The notes: generated by a model from the letters alone, not told the origin. A stretch of 63,854 nucleotides of DNA, filler included, from Lama guanicoe (GCA_013239625.1; 102 parts of 102 records of this genome joined end to end with filler, not necessarily neighbours in it); one strand, 5' to 3'; positions 50,037 through 63,553 are shown, counted from the first letter of the whole stretch. Made by a program: numbers and translations.

Positions 50037-50136
50037 NNNNNNNNNNNNNNNNNNNNNNNNNNNNNNNNNNNNNNNNNNNNTTAATTAATTAANNNNNNNN
50101 NNNNNNNNNNNNNNNNNNNNNNNNNNNNNNNNNNNN

Positions 50137-50598
50137 CACACACCCACAGAATACACATTATTTTCAAGCACACATGGGACATTCTCTAGGATAGATCACA
50201 CAGTAGGTCACAAAACAAGCTTCAACAAATTTAAGAGGATAAAAAGCATTTTAAGCATCATCTAACCACTGCAGTATGAAACTAGAAATTAACCACAGAA
50301 AGAAAAAGTGAAAAAGAACAAACATATGAAGACTAAACAACATTCTACTAAAAAAAACCAGTAAGTCAATAATGAAATCAAAGAGGAAATCAGAACATAT
50401 CTCCACACAAATAAAAATCAAAGCACATCCTTACAAAAATCCATGGAATGCAACAAAATTACTTATAAGAGAGAAGTTCATACTGATAAAGGCATTCCAC
50501 AAGAAACAAAAATTTCAGTTCTGTGAAATATGCCCTGGGTAATTTGATATGGGCACATATCCAGAAGGAACCCTACTTCAAAATGACACCTGCACCCC
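50137..50598 (+). mobile_element. L1 ORF2 endonuclease-region fragment joined to an ORF2 C-terminal piece
   Basis: CACATGGGACATTCTCTAGGATAGATCAC (EN region); GACACCTGCACCCC (C-terminal region). Confidence 0.8.
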
Positions 50599-52035
50599 NN
50601 NNNNNNNNNNNNNNNNNNNNNNNNNNNNNNNNNNNNNNNNNNTTAATTAATTAANNNNNNNNNNNNNNNNNNNNNNNNNNNNNNNNNNNNNNNNNNNNGA
50701 GCCCACTTAGGACACATTACTATGCCCCAGTGACTGTCCTTCTGGATCCACATCTTTGTACCATGACCATGTTTCCACAACTGCTCCTAACCACTGACTG
50801 GCACAGTAGGGGTACAGTACAAGCCCATTTCTGGAAGAAGTGGGATTTCTTTATTGGGTGACTTAGGCTCCGGGACTCTCCTTTGGCCTTGCCAGAAACA
50901 TTAGGATTGTTCTTCAGTTTCAGACGTTCTCCCCAATCCTCTTTGTTCCCCTCTGCCTTCCATGTTTGCATTTTACTTTTTTTTTAATCTGCATACTGTT
51001 CTTCAGTTATGACATCTGGTGAAATCTACACCAACCAGTCTGTGCTTTCCTTAAGTACTGCCAGAAACTGTCTCCTGTGTCTCATATTACAAAATTATGG
51101 CTTAAAAATTTTCTTCACTCCTGGTATAAAAAGCAAAAGAAAATAAAACAAACCCACAGATATCCAATGATCATTTATAAATTGTAATGAAAAAGTAATA
51201 TACCATCACAATAAAGAAATGGAAAAAACCCATATATAAATATATCAAGAAATATACAGGATTTACATAAGGAAAAAAGACACCAAAAGCTAAAGAAGGA
51301 CATAAAATAAGACCAACTGAGAGACATATGTACCTGGATACACTGTTGTAGGAGACTGATTCTCAGTGAAAGTTAATTCTCTTAACATAATTACCATCAA
51401 AAGTCTCACTAAACTAAGAATTCTTTTTAAGGGGNNNNNNNNNNNNNNNNNNNNNNNNNNNNNNNNNNNNNNNNNNNNTTAATTAATTAANNNNNNNNNN
51501 NNNNNNNNNNNNNNNNNNNNNNNNNNNNNNNNNNTTCAAATTCCTTATTTGGAATATACACATTGAAATAGTATAGTCATCAACTTTAAATAGTTAGCAT
51601 TTGCAGTAATGGTGAAATCCACTTTTTAAAAGCAGCTTTAATACCTTTATTTAGATTTCTCTTAAGATTCATAGTTGCTAGGAAAATTTCTCATAATCTT
51701 CATTACTTAAGGCACTGTCCTCATATTTAGAAAAAATAAAGTTTTAGCTTTTGCAGTTGTATACAATTTTCAAAATCTTGCTTTACATNNNNNNNNNNNN
51801 NNNNNNNNNNNNNNNNNNNNNNNNNNNNNNNNTTAATTAATTAANNNNNNNNNNNNNNNNNNNNNNNNNNNNNNNNNNNNNNNNNNNNTTAACAGATTCA
51901 GAATTGTATGTCCCAACAAAATTTATTCTTATTGAAACTGTATAGGTGTTCAATTGCCTATACAGAGACTAGGTCCCATGATGGTGTTTAAGAGCTATTT
52001 TGTTTATTGCAATATTTATTTTTAAGTGCAAAGAA

Positions 52036-52135
52036 GGAGGGCGGGTGTTGCTCAGTTGAAGTCCACCTGCTTAGCAAGCACAATGTCCTGGCTTCAGTCC
52101 CGAGTACCTCCAAAATAATAAATAAAAATAAGTGC
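52036..52135 (+). mobile_element. tRNA-derived SINE (Vic-type), diverged
   Basis: GCTCAGTTG...GCTTAGCAAGCACAATGTCCTGGCTTCAGTCCC; A-rich tail; TAAGTGCA on both flanks. Confidence 0.75.
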
Positions 52136-52492
52136 ATATTTAAAAATAAGAGTAAAGGTATAAAAAAATGCAGACTAAAACCACTGCAATCTAGGACCCA
52201 CAATTACAATAAAAAACAAGTGTTTCTATCAAATATTGACTATATGCCAATCACAGACACAACCACAAATCACACCTGACAACAATCAAGTGTGATTCTC
52301 AGCAACCCTAATAAGTAGACACGGAAGAGAAACCCGGCTCTGTGGATGAGGAGACGGACCTCGGAGGAGCCGGGGACAGTGACAGTCCTGCTNNNNNNNN
52401 NNNNNNNNNNNNNNNNNNNNNNNNNNNNNNNNNNNNTTAATTAATTAANNNNNNNNNNNNNNNNNNNNNNNNNNNNNNNNNNNNNNNNNNNN

Positions 52493-53024
52493 CGTTGGTG
52501 GAACCTCCCCAAGCTCAGGATTCCGGAAAAATTGTCAGTGCTTGGGGAACTCAAGAGACAACTCCACGCAGCTCTCTTCATTCACAGGAGTTCCCTGTTC
52601 GGGGAAGTCCTGGAAATACTTTTCCTGACCTTGGGGAGGCATCGTATGTCACTGGGAAATCCTGCAAACCCCCCTAACATTCCCAGGCACAGAGACATTA
52701 GGAAAACCCTCAGGGGAGACCAGCTTAGGCATTCCGTTTGAACCCACGCGCTGCCGACCGTTGGTGCAACCTCCCCACGCTCAGGATTCCGGAACAATTG
52801 TCAGTGCGTGGGGGAGCTCGAGAGACAACTCCACGCAGCTCTCTTCATTCACAGGAGTTCCCTGTTCGGGGAAGTCCTGGAAATACTTTTCCTGACCTTG
52901 GGGAGGCAGCGTATGTCACTGGGATATCCTGCATACCACCCTACAATTCCCTGGCCCAGACACATTAGGAAAACACTCAGGGGAGACGAGCTTAAGCATT
53001 CCGTTTGAACCAATGCGCTGTAGA
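52493..53024 (+). repeat. Satellite A
   Basis: About 2 monomers. Confidence 0.96.
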
Positions 53025-53124
53025 NNNNNNNNNNNNNNNNNNNNNNNNNNNNNNNNNNNNNNNNNNNNTTAATTAATTAANNNNNNNNNNNNNNNNNNNN
53101 NNNNNNNNNNNNNNNNNNNNNNNN

Positions 53125-53844
53125 GTAAGCAAAGAAAGGGAAATTTCAAGAAACAAACAAACAAACAAACAAACAAAACCACTAAAGATAAAAACAAAAC
53201 AGAACAAAACACTGTAACAGAAGAGAAGACTGCCTTTGATGGGATTATTGGTAGACTAGACACTGCTGAGAAAAGAATCTCTGAGCTTGACGATATCTCA
53301 ATAGAAACATCCAAAACTGAAAAGTAAACAAACAAACAAAAAGACTGAAAAAAACCCCCATCAGAATATCCAAGAACTGTGGAATAACTATAAAAGTTGT
53401 TGTACACACAACACACACGTAATGGAACACCTGAAGGAGAAGTGAGAAGAGAAGGACTATGGGAAACAAATACCACCAGGAATTTCCCCCAAATTAATTT
53501 CACACACGAAACCACAGATCCAGGAGGCTGAGAGAATACCAAGCAAAGTAAATTCTAAAAAAAAAAAAAAAGTAGCTCGAGAGCTAAGCATATAATTTTC
53601 AGAATGCAGAAAATCAAAGATAAAGGAGAAATCCTGAAAGAAGCCAGAGGAGGGAAAATATTTTGTTGAGGAGCAAAGATAGAAATTACAAATGATTTAT
53701 CCTCAGAAAATATGCAAAGAAGGAGAAAATGGAGTAAAATATTTAGTGTTGAGAGAAAAAAAGACAAACCTGAATTCTGTACCCTGTGAAATTAACCATC
53801 AAAAATGAAAGAGAAATACTTTCTCAAACAAAAACTGAGGGAAT
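53125..53844 (+). mobile_element. Old L1 ORF1 fragment
   Basis: AGACTAGACACTGCTGAGAAAAGAATCTCTGAGCTTGA and AAATCCTGAAAGAAGCCAGAG ORF1 motifs. Confidence 0.8.
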
Positions 53845-53944
53845 NNNNNNNNNNNNNNNNNNNNNNNNNNNNNNNNNNNNNNNNNNNNTTAATTAATTAA
53901 NNNNNNNNNNNNNNNNNNNNNNNNNNNNNNNNNNNNNNNNNNNN

Positions 53945-54361
53945 CTTCAGTTAAATAGGAACATACCTGTATTCATTTTCATACTCTTTTAAAACACAAG
54001 AAACTATAAGATATTAAATATATTCTCCTGTGCTATACAGTATAAACTTGCTGTTTATTTGTTACGTACTCAGTATCTGCAAAACTTGAACTCCCAATTT
54101 ATTCCTTCCCACACCCTCTCCCCTCTGGTAACCATAGTTTGGTTTCTATGACTCTGTCTGTTTCTGTTCTGTAGATAAGTTTATCTTTTTGTTTCTTTCT
54201 TTTTTTTTTTAGATTCCACATGTGAGCAATCTCATATGGTATTTTCCTTTCTCTTTATAGCTTACTTCACTTAGAATGGCATTCTCCAGGTCCATTGATG
54301 TTGCTACAAATTGCATTAATTTATTATTATTTTATGGCTGAATAGTAGTCTATTGGACAAA
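53945..54361 (-). mobile_element. Young L1 3' UTR fragment
   Basis: Homologous to 27905-28165 and the reverse complement of 59267-59599. Confidence 0.85.
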
Positions 54362-54461
54362 NNNNNNNNNNNNNNNNNNNNNNNNNNNNNNNNNNNNNNN
54401 NNNNNTTAATTAATTAANNNNNNNNNNNNNNNNNNNNNNNNNNNNNNNNNNNNNNNNNNNN

Positions 54462-55041
54462 CAACGGTCGGCAGCGCGTGGGCTCTAACGGAATGCCTAT
54501 GCTCGTCTCCTCTGGGTTTTTTCCTAATTTCTCTGTGCCAGGGTATGCTAGGGGGGTTTGCAGGAAATCCCAGTGACAGAGGCTGTCTCCACAAGGTCAG
54601 GGAAGGTTTTTCTCGCACTTCCAGTAACAGGGAACACCTGTGACTGAAGAGAGCTGCGTGGAGTTGTCTCTCGAGCTCCCCACCCACTGACAATAGTTCC
54701 GGAATCCTTAGCGTGGGGAGGTTCTACCAACGGTCGGCAGCGCGTGGGTTCTAGCGGAATGCCTAAGCTCGTCTCCCCTGAGGGTTTTCCTAATGTCTCT
54801 GTGCCAGGGAATGCTAGGGGGGTTTGCAGGCAATCCCAGTGACAGAGGCTGCCTCCCCAAGATCAGGGAAGCTATTTCTGAGAATACCCGCTAACAGGAA
54901 ACACCTGTGACTGAAGAGAGCTGCGTGGAGTTGTCTCTCGAGCTCCCCACCCACTGACAATAGTTCCGGAATCCTTAGCGTGGGGAGGTTCTACCAACGG
55001 TCGGCAGCGCCTGGGTTATAACGGAATGCCTAAGCTCGTCT
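54462..55041 (-). repeat. Satellite A
   Basis: About 2.2 monomers. Confidence 0.96.
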
Positions 55042-56009
55042 NNNNNNNNNNNNNNNNNNNNNNNNNNNNNNNNNNNNNNNNNNNNTTAATTAATTAANNN
55101 NNNNNNNNNNNNNNNNNNNNNNNNNNNNNNNNNNNNNNNNNGTCACTGGAAAGTCACCTCAGAAGCTCCGGCCCTGCAGTCCCCTCTGCAACAGTCACCA
55201 CTTCTACCGCCCATGTCTCTATCCCTCTGCCCAGGGCCTCTCTGCAGGCGTGTGCCACTTGTTGTCTGAGTTACCTGGGGTGTTCCCCGAAATATCCTTT
55301 CCCCCTAAAATATGGGCCTCCCCCCAAAAATTGTATCTTCCATTCTGCTGCCAGAATAACCAGATCTTCTTCAATGTAAGCATGCAATTCTGTTGCTTAC
55401 AAATATACCAATATATCCCTGTTTCTTTAAGGATACATTCAACTCTAAGCACACAAGGCCCATCGTGACAGAGACCTTGTGCACCTGATATTCCCACCTA
55501 TGGATCCTTTGTTCAAGCCCTACTTGTTGTTCTTCAGTCTGGCCAAGCCGCTTCATGCNNNNNNNNNNNNNNNNNNNNNNNNNNNNNNNNNNNNNNNNNN
55601 NNTTAATTAATTAANNNNNNNNNNNNNNNNNNNNNNNNNNNNNNNNNNNNNNNNNNNNTTTTTTTTTACTTTGAAACATTTCTACAGTTACTGACATAAC
55701 ATTCACCTCTGAAAAAAACTGCCTGTGTTAACCTTGTCAGATGCTATTTCTTTAGTCAACAAGAGTTTCATCACTGAATGAGTGGTATTGTCAAGGCCTT
55801 TGCTCTATTTTTGTTTTCATTTACAGGAAACTTTTATTTACAAAAAAAAAAGCATTCATTTTCCTTAAGAAATAGCAATTCAGACTTTTTCCGCTCAAGA
55901 AAATTAAAGAATCTATCTAATGGACATGCTTTTAGGCAGGAATACCACCATTTTATTAAATTAACTGGTTTTAAAAATGATGCAAATGTTAGTCACAATC
56001 TATAAAAAT

Positions 56010-56190
56010 AGATTTTAAAAAGACAAGTTTCTTCTGTATAGCACAGGGAAGTATATTTAATATCTTGTAATGACCTGTAATGGAGAAACTATGTATTCAA
56101 ATATATGTCTGTTCACGCATGACTGGGACATTGTGCTGTGCACCAGAAATTGACACATGGTAACTGACGGTACTTCAATAATGTTTTAAA
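56010..56190 (+). mobile_element. 5'-truncated L1 3' end
   Basis: CTGTATAGCACAGGGAA...TGTGCTGTGCACCAGAAATTGACAC. Confidence 0.8.
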
Positions 56191-56837
56191 AATTATGATA
56201 ATTTAATTACAGAATCAGATCTCATCTATTCCTGCGGATGTCACTAAGCATGTCTTAGAAATGCTGAGATTAACAGCATTAGGAATCTGCTTTGTCACTC
56301 AGAATATCCCCAGTACTTATCATTCGACATCTTTTGTCACTACTTTGCAAAGGCTTTAAATCAAAATAAGCCCATTGTGTGCTGGATCAGGGTCTCCTGA
56401 CTTTGTTTTTTCTTGCCTTTTAGCATGTCTTACAATATTCTTTTGCCAATTGGACATCATATATCAGGTAACAGGAGCTGTGGTCAGTANNNNNNNNNNN
56501 NNNNNNNNNNNNNNNNNNNNNNNNNNNNNNNNNTTAATTAATTAANNNNNNNNNNNNNNNNNNNNNNNNNNNNNNNNNNNNNNNNNNNNAGACAGAAATC
56601 CTAAGATTTTGGTCCTAGAGTTGAATCTTGGTTAGTGGCGAATGAGAATTCCCTTTAAAATTTTAAATTCAGTGATATCAAGTTTTAAAAATAGTTAAAT
56701 AGTAGTCAATTTCATTAAACACTATAGCATATATTTAGCTTTAAGCCTGTTTCTGGGGAAATTTTGCAATGATTCCCTCCCTTTATTGATTCCCTCTTTA
56801 ACAGAATCCTTGACAGGCCCCTGTCATCATGGTCAGT

Positions 56838-56857
56838 ATCATCATCATCATCATCAT
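56838..56857 (+). repeat. (CAT)n microsatellite
   Basis: Direct inspection. Confidence 0.85.
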
Positions 56858-57070
56858 GGAACTGATTCCTCTGGAAGAGTCTAGGAAAATAAAGAGATGG
56901 ACGGGGTTATGTATAGGTCAATGTGTGTATATAAAATAAGAACAGCTGTCAGACATTAGATGCAAGATACNNNNNNNNNNNNNNNNNNNNNNNNNNNNNN
57001 NNNNNNNNNNNNNNTTAATTAATTAANNNNNNNNNNNNNNNNNNNNNNNNNNNNNNNNNNNNNNNNNNNN

Positions 57071-57255
57071 ACTATGTCTGCGACTCTGTTTTGTAGATGA
57101 GTTCATTAGTGTCTTCTTTACTTTCTTTCTTTTTTTTTCAGATTCCACATATGAGTGATATCACATGGCATTTTTCTTTCTCTTTCTGGCTTACTTCACT
57201 TAAAATGAAAATCTCCAGGTCCATGCATGTTGCTGCAAATGGCATTATTTTGTTT
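57071..57255 (-). mobile_element. L1 3' region
   Basis: CAGATTCCACATATGAGTGATATC...TCCATGCATGTTGCTGCAAATGGC. Confidence 0.85.
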
Positions 57256-57351
57256 TATTTTACTTACTTACTTTCTAATGGAGGCACTGGGGATTGAACA
57301 CAGGACCTCGTGCATGTTAAGCACACACTATCACTGAGCTTTACGCTCCCC
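57256..57351 (-). mobile_element. tRNA-derived SINE (Vic-type)
   Basis: GGGGATTGAAC.CAGGACCTCGTGCATG.TAAGCAC...CACTGAGCT is the reverse complement of the SINE head. Confidence 0.82.
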
Positions 57352-58314
57352 TGAGGTGTACTTCTTTTAGTGGTGGGTCCTGCTCTTCCTGGGCCCTTCT
57401 GTAAAGATACCTGTTTTACTGGGATGATCCCTGGTAGAGCAACCTGGACTGGGGAAGGGATGCTAGAGGGTCGGCAGTAAACAGGAGGCAGGCTCCGAGN
57501 NNNNNNNNNNNNNNNNNNNNNNNNNNNNNNNNNNNNNNNNNNNTTAATTAATTAANNNNNNNNNNNNNNNNNNNNNNNNNNNNNNNNNNNNNNNNNNNNC
57601 ATTGCCCCAAGGATCCCTAATGCCTAGTGAGATGCCTGATACAGCTGGGACTTAACGAGCACATCAGTCAAATGGAAAAACCTGATCAAAGAAAAGGCCC
57701 TCATTTTTCAGACATGCCTACTTGAGTACATAGGGTAAAATGACATGTCTTCTCAGATTTGCTGTCAAATACTTCAACAAAGGACAAATAAAAGAACAAA
57801 GGTCTGAATAAAGGAAATATGGAAAAGTTTGTAAATTCTTTAATCTGGGTGTTGGGCTTATTGTACTATACTTACTGATGTATACTTAAGTTAGTTTATA
57901 ATTTTACTGTCATTAGCTGAATAGCAAGTATTAATACTTATTAATTTAAATCCTTAGAACTGACCAAACTTACCCCACACAAAATCCTTAATATCCTAGT
58001 AGTCTGTCTTACAGAAATGTTTTCCCACAAAGACAGGAAAAAAGGGAAAGGCAGATCCGTGTGGTATTTCCACGTTGTCAAAAGACCAAAGGCCGACACA
58101 AAAGAAGAGATTGTAGAAAAGATAAAGGGGCTGAAATCAATGTCCGGAAAACCTAGCTAAGAACCCTAAATGGCAAAATTTAACTAACCACAGCACTGCC
58201 GCATCAAGAATGGGNNNNNNNNNNNNNNNNNNNNNNNNNNNNNNNNNNNNNNNNNNNNTTAATTAATTAANNNNNNNNNNNNNNNNNNNNNNNNNNNNNN
58301 NNNNNNNNNNNNNN

Positions 58315-58610
58315 ATTTGTTTTCTATGTCTGTGAGTCTGTTTCCATTTCATAAATAAGTTCAATTGTGTCGTATTTTATATTCCACATATAAGTAATAT
58401 CATATGGTATTTGTCTTTCTCTGACTTACTTCACTTAGTATGATAATCTCCAGGTCTATCCATGTTGCTGCATTATTTTATTCTTTTTTATGGCTGAGTA
58501 ATATTCCATTGTGTATCTATACCTCATCTTCTTTATCCAGTCATCTGTTGATGGACATTTTGGTTGCTTTCATGTCTTGTCTATTGTATGTAGTGCTGCT
58601 ATGAACATTG
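58315..58610 (-). mobile_element. L1 ORF2 end / 3' UTR fragment
   Basis: TTTATGGCTGAGTAATATTCCATTGTG...GATGGACATTT. Confidence 0.9.
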
Positions 58611-58710
58611 NNNNNNNNNNNNNNNNNNNNNNNNNNNNNNNNNNNNNNNNNNNNTTAATTAATTAANNNNNNNNNNNNNNNNNNNNNNNNNNNNNNNNNN
58701 NNNNNNNNNN

Positions 58711-58920
58711 GGATCCTGACACAGAGCTTCTGAAATTCTTGTAATTTCCTGGGTGACAGACGTGTCATCTGTTCTCATGAGGTGACTCTGGGTGAGCTCT
58801 TAGAAGGACTAACAATGAAAGCTGGTCATTGAAAAGACCAGTCCGTGACTAGAGCATGGCATTTCCAGCTTCACAGCCCACTTTCTTGAGAAGGGAAAGG
58901 ATTGAAATGGGTTTTTCAAA
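58711..58920. mobile_element. Old LTR remnant (MER21-like)
   Basis: CACAGAGCTTCTGAAATTCTTGTAATTTCCTGGGTGA...GAAAAGACCA resembles MER21-class LTRs. Confidence 0.5.
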
Positions 58921-59029
58921 AAGTGTCAAATTGTTTTGTATGAGTACTAAAGGAGATATTCAGGGGAAAGACTTGTACGAGGCAGAAACTGAGCTTTTCC
59001 TACTTCGAAGGGGAAGACCTGGAGGTGTT

Positions 59030-59150
59030 TCTAACTTAGTGAGGTTCCCTAGATCCGCAGCATCACCAGGAACCTTGTTAGAAATACTCATTCTTGAGAA
59101 CCTGACATGCTGAATGATGCCCAGAAATCTGCTTTAATGAGCCCTGTTCC
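59030..59150. mobile_element. MER5A-like hAT DNA transposon remnant
   Basis: GCAGCATCACCAGGAACCTTGTTAGAAAT...GCCCAGAAATCTG. Confidence 0.6.
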
Positions 59151-59266
59151 AAAATTAATGGGAAGANNNNNNNNNNNNNNNNNNNNNNNNNNNNNNNNNN
59201 NNNNNNNNNNTTAATTAATTAANNNNNNNNNNNNNNNNNNNNNNNNNNNNNNNNNNNNNNNNNNNN

Positions 59267-59599
59267 TAGGAGACAGATAAACTTATTTACAAAACAGAAA
59301 CAGATTCACAGCCATGGAAAACTAACTTACCAGGGAGGAAGGCAGGTGGGAAGGCACAAATTGGTAGTTCAAGATTTCTTTGTTGTAATATATGTAAAAT
59401 AGGTAAACAACAATTTTATTCTGTAATGCAGGGAACTATATTCAACATCTTGTAGTAACTTATGGCAAAAAAGAATATGAAAACAAATATACGTATGTTC
59501 CTATATGACTTAACCATTGTGCTGTACAGCGCAAATTGGTAAAATATTGAAAACTGATTCTAAAAAAAAAGTATATAAATAAATAAATCTTCCAAGGCT
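59267..59599 (+). mobile_element. Young L1 3' end
   Basis: AACTTATTTACAAAACAGAAACAGA...CAGGGAACTATATTCAA..CTTGTAGTAAC with an A-rich tail. Confidence 0.85.
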
Positions 59600-59699
59600 N
59601 NNNNNNNNNNNNNNNNNNNNNNNNNNNNNNNNNNNNNNNNNNNTTAATTAATTAANNNNNNNNNNNNNNNNNNNNNNNNNNNNNNNNNNNNNNNNNNNN

Positions 59700-60129
59700 C
59701 CCAGTGGCAGAGGCTGCCTCCCCAAGGTAAGGAAAGGTATTTCTCGGGATTTCCCTGACAGGGAACACCTGTGACTGAAGAGATCTGTGTGGAGTTGTCT
59801 CTCGAGCTCCCCACGCAATGATAATGGTTCCGGAATCCTGAGCGTGGGGAGGTTCCACTAAGAGTCGGCAGCGCGTGGGATCTAACGGAATGCCTAAGCT
59901 CATCTCCCCTGAGGGTTTTCCTAATGTCCCTGTGCCAGGGAATGCTAGGGGGTTTCCAGGAAGTCCCAGGGACAGAGGCTTCTTCCCCAAGGTCAGGGAA
60001 GTTATTTCTCGGACTTCCCCGAACAGGGAACAACTGTGACTGAAAGGAGCTGCGTGGAGTTGTCTCTCGAACTCCCACATGCACTGACAATGGTTCCGGA
60101 ATCCTGAGCGTGGGGAGGTACCTCCATTG
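59700..60129 (-). repeat. Satellite A
   Basis: Family A monomers. Confidence 0.95.
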
Positions 60130-60229
60130 NNNNNNNNNNNNNNNNNNNNNNNNNNNNNNNNNNNNNNNNNNNNTTAATTAATTAANNNNNNNNNNNNNNN
60201 NNNNNNNNNNNNNNNNNNNNNNNNNNNNN

Positions 60230-60993
60230 ACTGACAATGTTTCCGGAACCCTGAGCGTGGGGAGGTTCCACCAAATGTAAGCAGCTCGTGGGTTCTAATG
60301 GAATGCTTAAGCTCGACTCCCCTGGGTTTTTTCCTATTGTCTCTGTGCCAGGGAATGCTAGGGGTGTTTGCAGGCAATCCCAGTGACAGAGGCTGCCTCC
60401 CCAAGGTCAGGGAAGGTATTTCTCAGAATTCCCCCTAACAGGGAACACCTGTGACTGAAGAGAGCTGCGTGGAGTTGTCTCTCGAACTCCCCACGCACTG
60501 ACAATGTTTCCGGAACCCTGAGCGTGGGGAGGTTCCAGCAACGGTCGGCAGCGCGTGGGTTCTAACGGAATGCCTAAGCTCGACTCCCCTGGATTTTTTC
60601 CTAATGTCTCTGTACCAGGGAATGCTAGGGGTGTTTGCAGGCAATCCCAGTGACAGAGGCTGCCTCCCCAAGGTCAGGGAAGGTATTTCTCAGAATTCCC
60701 CCTAACAGGGAACACCTGTGACTGAAGAGAGCTGCGTGGAGTTGTCTCTCGAACTCCCCACGCACTGACAATGTTTCCGGAACCCTGAGCGTGGGGAGGT
60801 TCCAGCAACGGTCGGCAGCGCGTGGGTTCTAACGGAATGCCTAAGCTCGACTCCCCTGGATTTTTTCCTAATGTCTCTGTACCAGGGAATGCTAGGGGCG
60901 TTTGCAGGCAATCCCATTGATAGAGGCTACCTCCCCAAACTCAAGGAAGGTATTTCTCAGAATTCCCCCTTACAGGGAACACCTGTGACTGAA
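60230..60993 (-). repeat. Satellite A, near-identical 267-bp units
   Basis: GACAATGTTTCC at 60233, 60500 and 60767. Confidence 0.97.
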
Positions 60994-61427
60994 NNNNNNN
61001 NNNNNNNNNNNNNNNNNNNNNNNNNNNNNNNNNNNNNTTAATTAATTAANNNNNNNNNNNNNNNNNNNNNNNNNNNNNNNNNNNNNNNNNNNNTGCTGTG
61101 TCACAAATAGGTTACAGTTGTGGCAAGACATTGATCTGAATCTTTGAGCAATTTCTGTGTATCTCCTGAGATGAAAAATACTGGCAAGGACTGAATAGAA
61201 AATCACAACTTCATTTGTTCTTTTCTTTTCTTTCTTTTTTTCTTTTTCCTCATCACACTTTTATGGTGGAGCCCCTCTGCACATTGAATAGATGCTGTCA
61301 TTGCATCTTCCCTTCTCTTGCTATGGANNNNNNNNNNNNNNNNNNNNNNNNNNNNNNNNNNNNNNNNNNNNTTAATTAATTAANNNNNNNNNNNNNNNNN
61401 NNNNNNNNNNNNNNNNNNNNNNNNNNN

Positions 61428-61659
61428 CCACGCAGCTCTCTTCAGTCACAGGTGTTCCCTGTTAGGGGGAATTCGGTGAAATAACTTCCCTGACTTTGGG
61501 GAGGCAGACTCTGTCACTGGGATTTCCTGCAAACCCCCTAGCATTCCCTGGCACAGAGACATTAGGGAAAAACACAGGGGAGACCAGCTTAGGCTTCCGT
61601 TAGAACCCATGCGCTGCCGACCGTTGGTGGAACCTTCCCAAGCTCAGGATTCCGGAACC
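61428..61659 (+). repeat. Satellite A
   Basis: Partial monomer. Confidence 0.94.
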
Positions 61660-61759
61660 NNNNNNNNNNNNNNNNNNNNNNNNNNNNNNNNNNNNNNNNN
61701 NNNTTAATTAATTAANNNNNNNNNNNNNNNNNNNNNNNNNNNNNNNNNNNNNNNNNNNN

Positions 61760-62621
61760 AACCCACGCGCTGCCGACTGTTGGTGGAACCTCCCCACGCT
61801 CAGGATACGGGAACCATTGTCAGAGCGTAGGGAAATCGAGAGACAACTCCACGCAGCTCTCTTCAGTCACAGTTGTTCGCTGTTAGGGGGAATCCTGAGA
61901 AATACCTTCCCTGACCTTGGGGAGGCAGCCTCTGTCACTGGGATTGCCTGCAAACCCCCCGAGCATTCCCTGGCACAGAGACATTAGGAAAAAACCCAGG
62001 GGAGACGAGCTTCGTCATTCCATTAGAACCCACGCGCTGCCGACCGTTGGTGGAACCTCCCCAAGCTCAGGATTCCTGAAAAATTGTCAGAGCGTGGGGA
62101 GCTCGAGAGACAACTCCACGAAGCTATCTTCAGTCACAGGTGTTCCCTGAATGGGGAAGTCTGAGAAATACCTTCCCTGACCTTGGGGAGGCAGCCTCTG
62201 TCACTGGGATTGCCTGCAAACTCCCCTAGCATTCCCTGGCACAGAGACATTCGGAAAACACTCAGGGGAGACGAGCTCAGGCAATCCGTTGGAACCCACG
62301 CGCTGCCAACCGTTGGTGGAACCTCCCCAAGCTCAGGATTCCTGAAAAATTGTCAGAGCGTGGGGAGCTCGAGAGACAACTCCACGAAGCTATCTTCAGT
62401 CACAGGTGTTCCCTGTCCGGGGAAGTCCAAGAAATATTTCCCTGACTTGGGGAGGCAGCCTCTGTCACTGGGATTTCCTGCAAACTCCCCTAGCATTCCC
62501 TGGCACAGAGACATTCGGAAAACACTCAGGGGAGACGAGCTCAGGCAATCCGTTGGAACCCACGCGCTGCCAACCGTTGGTGGAACCTCCCAACTCTCAG
62601 GATTCCGGAACCATTTTCAGT
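61760..62621 (+). repeat. Satellite A
   Basis: About 3.2 monomers. Confidence 0.97.
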
Positions 62622-62721
62622 NNNNNNNNNNNNNNNNNNNNNNNNNNNNNNNNNNNNNNNNNNNNTTAATTAATTAANNNNNNNNNNNNNNNNNNNNNNN
62701 NNNNNNNNNNNNNNNNNNNNN

Positions 62722-63553
62722 CCCAAGCTCAGGATTCCGGAAACATTGTCAGTGCGTGGGGAACTCGAGAAACAACTGCACGCAGCTCTCTTCAGTCACA
62801 GGAGTTCCGTGTTCGGGGAAGTCCGAGAAATACCTTCCCTGACCTTGGGGAGGCAGCCTCTGTCCCTGGGACTTCCTGAAAACCCCCCTAGCATTCCCTG
62901 GCACAGTGATATTAGGAAAACCCTCAGGGGAGACGAGCTTAGGCATTCCGTTAGAACCCACACGCTGCCGACCGTTGGTGGAACCTCCCCACGCTCAGGA
63001 TTCCGGAAACATTGTCAGTGCGTGGGGGAACTCGAGAGACAACTCCACGCAGCTCTCTACAGTCACAGGTGTTAAATATACGGGGATGTCCGAGAAAAAG
63101 CTTCCTTGACCTTGGGGATGCAGCCTCTATCCCTGGGAATTCCTGCAAACACCCCTAGCATTCCCTGGCACAGTGATATTAGGAAAACCCTCAGGGGAGA
63201 CGAGCTTAGACATTCCGTTAGAACCCACACGCTGCCGACCGTTGGTGGAACCTCTCCACGCTCAGGATTCCGGAACCATTGTCAGTGCGTGGGGGAGCTC
63301 GAGAGACAACTCCACGCAGCTCTCTACAGTCACAGGTGTTAAATATACGGGGATGTCCGAGAAAAAGCTTCCTTGACCTTGGGGATGCAGCCTCTATCCC
63401 TGGGAATTCCTGCAAATGCCCTAGCATTCCCTGGCAGAGAGACATTAGGAAAACACTCAGGGGAGACGAGCTTAGACATTCCGTTAGAACCCACACGCTG
63501 CCGGCCTTTGGTGGAACCTTCCCACGCTCAGGATTCCGGAACCATTGTCAGTG
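62722..63553 (+). repeat. Satellite A
   Basis: GAACCTC at 62981 and 63248 (period 267). Confidence 0.97.
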
